NCBI RefSeq assembly: GCF_003918875.1
Contig: NW_025765814.1
Span: 1,364,001-1,428,000 of the forward strand
Direction of reading: 5' to 3'
DNA: 64,000 bases
DNA from: Haliotis rubra
Lineage: Eukaryota
Below are positions 1 to 12,500 of this stretch, piece by piece. Made by a program: the position numbers and the translations under genes. The notes beneath the pieces are model-generated. The model saw only the letters and a program-made list of their open reading frames with translations. It did not search any database and was not told the DNA's origin. How positions within the stretch are numbered: position 1 is the stretch's first letter; each line of letters opens with the position of its first letter.

Positions 1-390
1 GTAAAATAAGCTAGTGTAAAAGCTGAAAAGCCCCTCCCATGTGGAACCAATTATAGTCTTACACTAAGAAAATGTCTTCCCTTTCCAAAAGCTTGTATGA
101 AAAAAAGGAAGCAAGCCCCTCCACTACATATAAAGCTACTAATGGCATCATGTATCATTTTTATCAACTGGACATTTTACACTCATTTCTGAATTTTTCT
201 TCAGTAAACAAATTTGGATCTTTAACCAAATTACTGACTGAAAGTACATTTAGAGTAGTTAAAATATTGTTTCCATGACGATAACCAATTAAGAGTGCCT
301 CTCTCAACTAGAATGTTATTAGTACCCTTTGTATATGATGGCCCAGGACATGTCCTGGAAGAGACTCCAGTGACCTTGACCTCTACTGAC

Positions 391-513
391 CTCAAGTATC
401 CTGTCCTGTTCTTTCCGGCGGAGTTCATCGAGCCTGTCCTTCTCTCTGCGAGCCTCATCAGCCACCATCAGTTGCTGTTCCATTAGCCTCTGTTTGGCAA
501 ACGCCTTCTCAAT
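391..513 (-). CDS. SPTBN5: spectrin exon w61 (end of repeats, start of C-terminal linker)
   Basis: IEKAFAKQRLMEQQ...RRKEQDRILE. Confidence 0.85.
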
Positions 514-3500
514 CTGTGAACAGACAGCCGGGGTAAGCTGTGGCCAGTGATGTCAAAACTACTATGCTTCATATTCATTCGTAACATCACATCTCTACTG
601 ATCTTCTCATCTTTAATGCATTATGTTCTTAGACACCAGAAAAATATAGAAGAAAATTTGAAAATATTCAGGATATTTTTCACTAAGAACAATCAACTGC
701 TGACAAAATGAATCAGACAAAAAGAATGAAAAGAGTCTGCAAAACAATTAGATGAGAACTTAGTGTATGTTATAGGTAGATGTAAGGACAGTCTCATCAC
801 CTCAGTGCCACGCATCAGAGCCATGAACTTCTCCTCCTGGGCATCAACGGTTTTCTCGAAGTCCGCATGGCGCCTCAGCAGCTCCTCAACAGCAGATATG
901 GAGTTGCCGTAGTTCTTCTCCCGCAGCAACGGTTCCCGCAGGTTCATCCAGGCGTCCAGTTGTTCCATCTCATGGCGCAGACGCTACAGATACATTCAAA
1001 CAATCAGCACTGTGCTACAAAAAAATGCTTGGTTCCCATAAATGGCTTCCTAGATTCAGACGCTGCTGCCAAGACACATCCTAGAAGATCTACTACATGA
1101 TTCAGGGAGGAATCACACTACTCAGAATTAAACATACAATGACTTGAATGAAGTAATCTCAGTAGTTACAGAGTCAAAAAGGATCTGATCCATCTGATGA
1201 CATTCAGGATTTGATCCCACATTCTCAGAGTAAGAAACCTAAGCACCAGCACACAGAGCCAGAGATCTGACCCACTCAGCCACCACGGTTTCATGGTTAC
1301 TTCCTGCTGGTTACCTACATTAGAAACTCTTGTTTCCACATAGTCAGGCACTAAGGAAGGTGCAGTTGCTATAGAAACCAAATCACTACGAAGGTTGTGT
1401 AGGATACATACCTGAGCCTCCAGGTTCTGTTCATGCAACAGCTGCCTGTGTTCCAGCGTGCGCAACAAACCATCATGAGATTCTTTCAACTGATTGATCT
1501 TCTCCTGGATCTGAAAACATCAAAGGACACATCAACATCAACAATTAGATTGAGGACAAAACGGTTATCAGCTTACCAGGACAAAGAAAATCCTTGTTGT
1601 TAAAGAACATCTTGTTATTCCGATCAACAACATACCTCATCAGACAAGAAGTGGCCTTTGCTTATGAGATGTTTGCCCGTCTGCTCGAACTTGACAAAGG
1701 CCTCCTCCTGACTGTCCACCTCAGCCTTGTGCTCCTTGTATCGGGCAACCATGGCTTCAGCAGACGGCAGGTCCCGCGCCAACTCGTCTGCAGTGAGGAT
1801 GGCCATCATCTCACTGATCCAAGCCCTGTCATGAGTACAAGTTGAGTAAGAAGGTTAATGCTGATCACCTTCCCTCAAGTCAATTGACACTACTTAGTGT
1901 AAAAATGTCTAAAATCTAAACTTGCTTTAATCACTTTGAACTTCAGTGAGTAAATGATTGTTCTGCTTCGTGTTAACATTCTAGTCTCGACATGAAATGA
2001 GGCCAAATGAGGTTAAAAGCAAGATCGTCAAGGTTACTGAACCCATAATGTGGCAAAGTGGCTTTAAACGTGTTCGAGATTACTGAACTTTTACAGCGAC
2101 ATGCATGCATATGTGGGTGAGTTCCTGTAGCATTCAGTCCAGTGCCAGCCCACCGAGATACCATCTTATAGTTTACAAAGACATCCTGCTCAGACACAGC
2201 ATACTCAGACACTGTTCTTGTTTTATCCTCTTAATGCCATGCAAGAGGCAGGGAAATAGATGCCATATTCTTTGACATTTGGTATGAGGGAACCTGGGTT
2301 CAAACCACCGAGCTTTTGTTCTCAGTTTCAGAATGTAAACATGTTGAAAGTATAAGCAATGCTCACACCATGGTGATGACACAATATCAGTCAGTTCACA
2401 TACAGCAACCACTAGATACTGTGTCAAACATGGACTTGTGACGACCTGGATACATCTTACACTATACACTCACGTGAGTTCCCTGTAGTCGTTGAAGTAC
2501 ATCTGCAACTGCTGCGCCTGTTGCAGCTTCTCCTTCCTCATCGTGGACTTCTCCACCAGGTAGTTCCAGGCTTGAACCATCTCCTCATGCTTGGCTGCAA
2601 CATGCTCCTGGGCATCTGGGTAATGGCCAAGAAGGCTCTCGGCCTCCTTCGTAATTGTCTCCACATGCTCACTAATGGCTGCAAGTCTCTCTGCATATTG
2701 AGATTTTATGGTGAGATGTTGAGGTAAAAAGAATCTTGCAGCATTTCTTCAAGCAATGTTCTTTTCTCTTAGTATTCAGTGCCTAAAGTATTTAACCAAA
2801 CCTGCAGAGGTTTTCAATTCTTTTGAAGAGATTGTCCTTAGGGTACATATTATGCATTTTCTCCGGCTGAAAAATGTCCTCAATCAATGTTTTTGAATAA
2901 AAAGACGTTGTACTAAATAAACTCTTTTATTTATTATAATCGGACCCTACCTCACGGGTTGGCCTCCCTTAGGCATGCTTGCCAACACTAATTTCAGGTC
3001 AACAACTGAATGGAAATAGCCTAGGTGTGAGAAAGTGGGACCGACAGCCAATCGGAGCTTCGACAAATCCACAAAGGTGGACTGGTTCGCGCCTGAGGCA
3101 GGTCGAATCCGCTCATCTGTAGAGGGTGCTGCCCCAGAAGAGCACCATCGACAGGGTGAAAAGTGGAAATAGCGGTGGAGTAGCGAATGGTCTCTTCTTC
3201 CAAACGAGCTTGCAAAACTCCAATACTGACTAAATCCGCAGAAAAAGCGGGATCTGCAATCCCCTATCTGAACACCAGCGCCAAGATAGCGACCACCCTA
3301 TCCCTCGTACTGAACGCTTATCGAATCCCTCCCGAAGCCACTGCAACTGCTGCAGGAATTCACGCCCGAGGTTAGAGGCAGTCTCTCTGCATATTGAGAT
3401 TTTAAGGTGAGATGTTGAGGCAAAGAGAATCCTCAAAGCTACTTTTTATGGGGTACTACAATTCAACCAGTTTTACAGTATTTCTTCAAGCAATGTTCTT

Positions 3501-6500
3501 TTTCTCTTAGCATTCAGTGCCTAAAGTATTAGTGAAATACTTGAATCACTTGTAGCTGAAGGACTTGAGACACAACTCAGATATCTGATTAAGTAAATAT
3601 CTCCGCTTGGTTCTACAGCAGGATGGCAGCAACAGGGCTTCAGACTGAAAAATCTTAACAGAACAAAACCCCAGGTAGTGATGTTAGCAAGCACGAAGAC
3701 TACTGAGATACTACCCCAACATCTGTAATTACAGCACTACAGAAAGAAACCCACACTTGTCTCTCGGTTCATCAGAGAAGAGTTGTATTGCGAACTCACC
3801 TCCAAGCCTTCATGGCGACTTAGAAGAGCCTGGACACTCTCCAGGTCATGGCCGTAGTCATCACTGCTGACCACGGTGTCCTTCTCCTGTATCCACTCCA
3901 GGGTGTCGTCAGCGTCCCGTCCATACATGTGCACCTCCTTCGCTCCACTCAGAGCCTGGGGACATCACAACACACAGGATTAGCACAGTCACGACAATTG
4001 TTTGGAACCAAACAACAAGAGTATATTGAGGGTTGAGGATAAACTGCATACCATTGAGAGTTAACGGTATATCATTTTCAACAAGCTGGAAAGAGTGAGT
4101 GAGTGAGTTTAGTTTTATGCCGCTTTTAGCAATATTCCAGCAATATCACAGCGGGGGACACCAGAAATGGACTTAACACATTGTGCCCATGTGGGGAATC
4201 AAACCCAGGTTTTCGGCGTGACAAGCGAACGCCTTAACCACTAGGCTACCCCACCACCCCAGCTGGAAAGAGATTTGTGATTTGACATGGTGATGACTGA
4301 CCTCTCTCCTGGCATCAGCAAGTTCTTTAAGTTCAGACCAGATTTGCCGGATTTCCTCAGCCCGTGCCTTGATCTTGGTGGACTCAAAATGATTGCTTGA
4401 AATCATATTCTGTGCCATGGCTAATACCGAGTTAATCCGTTCCTCATTTGACGAGAGTTCATGTACAAAGTCCTCAAATCGTTGTTGCAATACCTTGAGA
4501 AAGGAATATTCATGATCATAATTATGTGTCTACACATAGTTCCTTTAATGTATACAATGCATATCAGCCCAAAATCATGCAACTGCTTTAGAAGATCTGA
4601 CCTACCTCAATGTGTTCCAGGTCCTGACCATAGTCCTCGGATGCTGCGCCCACACACTTGTCCGAGATCCAGCTGGACACCTCATTGGCCTCATGGTAGA
4701 ATTCAAACAGCTTCTTGCTGTCGATGAGCTTGGCCCGTCTCTGATTGACGAGGTCCTGGAGGCGGCTATGCTGCTGCTCGATGTCAGACTGGAGATTGAA
4801 ATGTTTCAGATTTCAAATCTGGTGGCTTAGGAAATGGGTAACATATTCTTTATTGCACTTTGGAAATTATACAACTAATCCAAAGCCAGAGGACCTGTAA
4901 ATATTGGGGCTAGAACTGGTCTTCAGCAACCCATGCTTGTCGTAATAGGCAACTAATGGGATCGAGTTATCAGGCTCGCTGACATGGTTGACACATGTCA
5001 TCGTTACCAAATTGTCTAGATCAATGCTCATGCTGTTAATCACTGGATTGTCTGGGCCAGACTCAATTATTTTCAGACTGCTGCCATATAGCTGGAATAT
5101 TGCTCTAAAATATTGCATTAAACAACAAACCAAATCAAACCAAACCAAAGCCAGAGTCAAGTCAAGTTCTGATCAGTCTACTCTTGCTAAACATTAAGTG
5201 TGAACTTATTATTTGAACCCAATATTTGGAACAGTCTGTTAAGATGCCAGGTTCAGAGAGTACTTTGAATCATTAATATGGTGATGGTGGAGCATTACTC
5301 GCCACCATGTTGACCAACGTGGCATGAGACCCAGACTGCTCCAATTTGCAACATGGCCTTGACATTTGACTCACTTGTTTTTTCTTTATGTTGGCACTGT
5401 CGTAGTGTTCCTTCTCTGTGATTGTCCGACTAAGGGCAGACAACTCTCCAATGCTGTTGCTGAAGTTGTCAATGTCTCTCTCCAAGGCATCTAGTTTCTT
5501 CATCAATGCCTGGAATACAATTCTTATTCTTATTCTCCTAAAACATTGTTACAGTCAAATGATTAAACACAAATCAAAACAAGAAATTTGTATACAGTCC
5601 AATAGGAAGATGTTTCATCATCATCAAGGTGTCATCAGCGCCTTGAGCATGTACTAGTTGCATGGATATGTGCGCTATATAAATATCCTATCATCATCAT
5701 CACCATCATCATCCTTTTCAGAACAAATGACAAAAAGAAACTACATACGAAATTGTTCTTCAGACAATTTTCTGCCTATGTACGGAAATGATACCGTACT
5801 GATGGATGCCAACTTTAAAGCTGTGGACACAGAAAGCACACCAACCTGAACCTGGTCTCCGTCGCGTCCGAGATCAGAGCTCGTCAACTGTGGCAGCTTC
5901 TCATTCATCCATGCCTCAGCTTCAGCAACTTCAGTGTAAAACTGAAAAGAAGTTAAAAATAACATCACATCACTGTCATAAGATCCATGAACTTCTTCTG
6001 ACCATTCCAAATACCAACTGCATCATCATACATGCAAACTCGCATTTGTAATTATTTCCTGGATTGAAAAAATTACCACCACTGAAGCCCCTAACACTCA
6101 CCATTTTTCAAAAGACATTCTCCGAGAACTAGTCTTTTTTACCTTTTTTAAGTCTATTATTATTTCGTGGGCATTCTAGATAATCAGACTGAATGAAGCT
6201 GGCCATATCAGTTTGTACAGTACTGTAAATCGTATTCACCTTCTGTGCCTCTAGAGCTTCCTGTAGCTTGAGTTTCCTGGTTGTGGTAGTCTTCTTGAGC
6301 CGCTGCAGTTGACCGTGCAGGTCATCAAGACGAGACTGGATATCCTGAGAGGCGAAGTGCTTGCTACGGACCATCAACTGGGCTGCATTAGCCACCGATT
6401 CGATAAGAGGTTCGTGAGCCACTATCTCGACTCCAAGGTCTGGGAAACAGAAGATAATCACAATGACCTCCCTGGTAGGCAGCAGATTAAAGTACCAATG

Positions 6501-9500
6501 AAACGAATGTCACTGTAAACTGCCCAAAATGTCCCTTGACTTTCAGGATGTCAGAATGTTTACAGGACACCAATTATTCCACTATCAGAACATTTTGGTA
6601 ACAATTCTACAAAAACGAGCAAAAAGTAGCCCTAAGAATCTTCATGCTCCATATTCACTCAAGTGTAAAGATTAAGAATCTACAAATTCATCTGACAGTT
6701 TTAAGGGTTCAATAGCAAAATGCACTGTCCAAAAGGATTCTGAAATCAAAGTGAGCCATTGTAGAGCTAATCATGGACAGAGTTGTTGGTTTGTACCTGA
6801 GATCAGATATAAGGTAATGTATCAAACTAATTCTTTACAAGCGGTTGATGTTTATTTATCATTTGACAGGAAAGGTTGTTTCACAAGAGTGAGAGAGTGA
6901 TTACTGCTTAATTCATCATCAACATTGCACATCTTCACAGTGAGCTGTCATGTGTGATGTGTAAAACACAGGTCATGCGGTGTTCAATAAATCATGTGAC
7001 AATCCGTGAAACACATCCCTAACATCATGCAACACATCACTGTGGATGGTGACTTACACTTAAATGCATCTCCTGAACACACAGAAAGAGAAACTTGAAA
7101 TTTGTGATGCTATTCATATTCTGTATTCATGTGAAATCCAAAACATTTATTGTGCAATGGTGGAATTATCAGACTGGTTTCCTCTCAACAACAACAAAGT
7201 TGGCTTAAACTTTTTCACCATACTTTCCGAATCGTTAACTTCATAAAGACAATAAAAAAAACATTTATTAGTCAGTAGTTAGAACGAATCCATCAATCAT
7301 ACTTCAATTTTCTTGACAATCAAAGTTCAATTTCTTAAGATCTAGCTCTTAAACATATGTCAGTTAAGAATTGACTTCAAAGTTTGTGTTCCTGGACACA
7401 TACTGTAAAAACTAGTAGGCATAATGAGTACATCCTAAAGTCTGACTGAGTTCTGGTTTTACGCTGCTTTTAGCAATATTCCAGCAACATCATGGCAGGG
7501 GACACCAGAAATGGGCTTCACACATTGTACCCATGTGGGGATTCGAACCCTGGTTTTCGGCATGACGAGCCAACGCTTTAACCACTAGGCTACCCCACCG
7601 TCCCATATGCTAAAGTCAATATTTATGAACAATAATAACTTCACAGACTGCTTATTCATTTACAGGCAACAAATGAAATCAGTGATGACCTTCAGTATAA
7701 TTAGACAACACAGGCCCTGCCTATTTATTTATCATCCAATCAGGAAACAGACATCATGATCAGTTAGTGGGTGTGGCCTATGTCTTTCTTTGTTTTATGG
7801 AAACCTAAATGCAAACATCTCATATAGTCAACCAATAAAATGACACTGAATAACTTGTCATGTATTTATAAGAATTTATAAAGTGATATTAACCTCCCTT
7901 GCCATAAACAGATCCGTGTTATTAAGAGAAATTTACCTGATGCTTCTTCATGAGATTCTGAACATCTGACAAAGAATGACCCAGATCAGTGGACTCTGCT
8001 GTTGGTCTTTTTCTTGTATCCATGACAACTCATCCTCCACGTCTCGGAAGAACTGGTACATTCTTAGAGCCTCCTCCAGATTGTCTCGTCGAATGTGACA
8101 CGGCTCTGACAACGAGTTGTACCTGTAGGAGGGAACTGACTTGTTCACAATGAACACTCTTCAACTTTCAGAAACACTGCAGCTCTTATACTACTTCCTT
8201 TAACATCACAATCCTTGAGATGAATATGACCGACATCTGTATTTATAAACAAAGAATCCAATTACACATACCTGATAGAGACCTTATATACCCCAACCTA
8301 AAGGTATCCAGGAGATTTGGATGTCTCACATGACCTACAGGTAACCATTATACATGGACCTGTCATGACTTACACGTACCCATCAAGCGCCAGCTGTTTG
8401 GAGATATCATGTGACAAATAAGTATCCAATACACACTGACCTCTCGGAGACCTCGCGTGCAGTGGCTTGCAGTTCCTTGTTGAGGAAGTGTCGTGACTCC
8501 CTGAACACCTGTGCAGCGTCCAGAACGTCTTGCACCTTCTCCTGGTGTGTCAAGATGTCCTGCTCCAGTTGCTGCAACAACGCCACAATCACACTTTATT
8601 CTAGTAACCTGTACAACAGCTCCGGATCAGGCTTTAAAATCTCTTTACTGGGAACAAATGTGCATAAGCCCACCTAGAAAATCAGTAAAGGTTGTGATGC
8701 TTAGCACATACCTGATGTTTCTTGAGCAGTGCGTTGACAGTTGTGAGGTCCTTGCCATGGTCTTCGGACTCCAGCTGGTTCTCGACCTCGTCCATCCATG
8801 TGTTGAGGTCGTCTGCCACACGGTTGAACAGCATGGCCTGACAGAAGAGAGTGCAATGTTTTTAATCATACTCACATTCATATTAACATCAATAACATTG
8901 TGGGTGTGGAAATGTCCAATCGATTTATCCAGTTTTTAAGTTTCTCCAAGTTCATCAAATGGTGTATCACATGTAACAGTCGTACCCTGTAGGCATCCTG
9001 CAAACGGTCCTTCTTCTCAGTGCTGGCGGCAATGAGGGCTTGCCAGCTGAGTTCCAGTTCCTCAAGCCTCTTTCTGATGTCCGGTGTGGCGTAATGTGAG
9101 TCATCTATCAGTCCTTGACCCTCCTGTAACAAACATGTCAGTCATGATGGTTACTATGGACTTCAAGGGGTGAGTGAGTGAGTTTAGTTTTACGCTGCAC
9201 TCAGCAATCTTCCAACTATATTTCGGGGCCTGTAAATAATCGAGTCTGGACAAGAAAATCCAGTGATCAACAGCATGAGCATCTATCAGCACAATTGGGA
9301 ACCGATGGCATGTGTCAACCAAGTCAGCGAGCCTGACCACCTGATCCCGTTAGTCGCCTCTTATGACAAGCATGGGTTACTGAAGGTTCATTCTACCCCG
9401 GATCTTCTCAGGTCACGGACTTCAAGGAGGTTTGATAAACACATAACAGATGACTTGTCCTGCAGTCACTTTGAGGAGCAATGGGAGATACCCAGCTATG

Positions 9501-12500
9501 GTTTGACAAGGCAACACCTTAAGGTACTGGGTTCCATTGGACAAAACAACCTTACCTTAATGATAATCGTGTTAAGGTATGGGAGTTAGTGCTATGTTCA
9601 CACTTACATGCACAACAGCATCTACTCTGTTTCTGTTGGATGTGAGTTCAGCCTCGAATGCTGTGTGTTTCTGGAGCTTGTTCTGGAGGTTGACAGGGTC
9701 GCGGTAAGACTCATCAAGGGCGACCTGCAGCTTCTCGTTGATCCAGCCAGAAACCTGAAGAAGCAGAAAGTCTCATGACAATTAACTAGCATACAAAATG
9801 ATACAACCCTTCAACGTCATACAGTTTCCCCAATCACTACTGACAAACGATGGACATGGTTTTCACTATTCAAGGAACACTATTTAAGTGCAACTCTTTA
9901 AAATCTATTTTTAAATCAAAGAGATTTCTGTCTCAAAGTATTTACTCCTAAGTGGGTACCTTGTAACAAGGACGATTATCTTGGGTATCAGTTTCCCTAA
10001 TAAGCCGTGACTGTTCATATGCGATGCTAACATTCTTGTTCATACTGTGAAGTCAACGCTATCATGTATTTCCTCCTATTTAAACTTAAATCTCAAGAGC
10101 AATCATACCAAATGGAAGGAAATTACTACAATATAGACAAGATTTTGATTTGTTGGTTTGTTGCAATATTCCAGATATATTGCATCTGTCTGCAAATCAG
10201 CCAATCTGGACGAGACGAGTGAGTGATCAACATCATGAGCATCATTCTACGCAAGTGGGTAACGATGACAAATATGGACAAGAATGTGTGTTGAGTAATC
10301 TGACAAGAGACTCACCTCATAGAGATTCCTGAGGAAAAGCTGGTAGTGGCGTGAATCCTCCAACTTCCTGCGTCTGGCTGCAGCAAGCTGCCACATGTTG
10401 TCCCTGCGCTTTGAGGACCGTCTGACAGCGGGATGTGATCTCGTCCTTGGCATAGTGCTGCTGTGTACACAGGTCAGTGGCGAACTGGTTCAGGTCCTCG
10501 ATGCGGTCCTCCTGGGCCTTCACTGTCTTCTCAAAGCCGTCGTGTTTCTTCAGTAGGCTCTCTACGCTGTACAGAGTGTGCTGCAATTGACAACAGACGT
10601 CAATGTTTTCATGTCAATGATGGAATGTGATCAAGAGGGCTCAAACATTCTTTTCACAAACACTAGATATTGTAATGCTTTCAACCCATTAGTTCATGAT
10701 ATGAACATTAACTTGTGTTCTACAGCTGCATCACATGTTAAAGGTGTTCTTTCTCTGATATTTTACATCTCAAACCCAATACCCATCCCCTCCTGTGTTA
10801 AGTGAGTATGGTTTTACCCTGCTTTAAGCAATATTCGAGCAATACCACAGCGGGGACACCAGAAATGGCCTTCACATATTGTACCCATGTGGGGAATCGA
10901 ACCTTAGTCTTTGGCATGAAGAGCGAACACTTTATCCACTAGACTACCCAACCGCCCCTCTCTTGTTTTAAGACACTCCATATTATAGGAGCCATTGTAA
11001 ACCACAAATACATCTTTAAATATATAGTCAAAGCATATGTGAGTGAGTGAGCTTAGTTTTACACCGCTTTTAGCAATATTCCAGCAATATCACAGTGGGG
11101 GATACCAGAAATGGGGCTTCGCACAATGTTCCCATGTGGGGAATTGAACCTGGGTCTTCTGTGTGATGAGTGAACACTTTAACCACTGGGCTACCCCGTC
11201 GCCCCTAACGCATATGTGAACAAGATTAACATACTACTAAAAGGCCCTTGGCTCATCTCAAAGCCTCAGTAGAAATTACTGTAGACTGCATCAGTCAAAC
11301 ATATTGACACACTGGATCTGTGTTCTGATAATGCAGCACTCACTCCAAGATCTTCGTTTGCCAGAAAAGCCTCCTTGGTGGCAAGCCATGTGTCGGCCTG
11401 CTCTGCGGTCTCCTTGAAGACCTGGAGGTCGTGACACTGCGTGAGGAGATGGTTCCGCTTGTCCCACGACCCACTCAGGGCCAACTTGGTCTTCTCCAGC
11501 TCCTTCACTGTCTTCTGGATCTGCTCCGTGGCGTAGTGCTGGTTGTTCACCAGGTTCATCCCACTCTCCCGGATGGACGTGAAGTGAGTCTTGCGGCCGT
11601 CGATCTCAGCCTGGAGGACACATTTACTTTGTTGTCATACCCATGCTTTGTTTTAAACATTATTCAATATACTGGATCACAGTGGGATTAACTTTATCCT
11701 AGCTGTGTACTTCACTCAAATTTCATATTCAAGCACTCTTTACAAAGTAAACCACAAGAAGTATTTAATGGTAGAATTTAACACAACTCCTGACAGTGCT
11801 TTAACCTCCCCAGGAGTGGTTCAAATGCAGTGAATAAAAATCACAGTCACATCTTCAAACAGGTGACATCTTCAAACAGGTGACATCATTTGGTCGAATT
11901 ATTTTCCCAAATCATACTTGAATACATTTTACTTACAGAAGCCAAATCTCTAATAGAGTCAACATTTTGTTGACATGACATGATGTCCTCTTTCATTTAA
12001 GGTGTAGAATTAACACTCGTGATTATAATAGCTAATCTGACTATAAATCAAAGTTTCTGTTCTGGAGAGCTGCACTAACTGCAGGATTCCATGGTGAGCC
12101 TACCTTCCTCTCGTGGTGCATCTGGAGGAGGTTCTCTGCCTCGGTCACATCTTTGGCAAGGTCTCCAGAGTTCATCCTAGCCATCATCTCATTGGACCAC
12201 TGGATCTGTGAGTTCGAACACATCATGATGTAGATGCAGTGAATACAGTATGTTCAGATGTACTGATTCTTTCAACTTATCGAGCCTCTATATCAGCTGA
12301 TGAGTTGCCATGGCTGCACTTCACTTCACTGCATAGTAATCTGATTTGTTGTGCAATATCACTACCAGATGTAACAAGTGTTGGTCAAAAAAGGTTAAAA
12401 TGTGACTTGGGAGTCATTCCAACCTACCAGTTCACGAGCATCTGCTAGGAATTTCTGCAGTCTGTATGATTCTGCAAGTTTTGATTTTCTGAAAGAAAAT

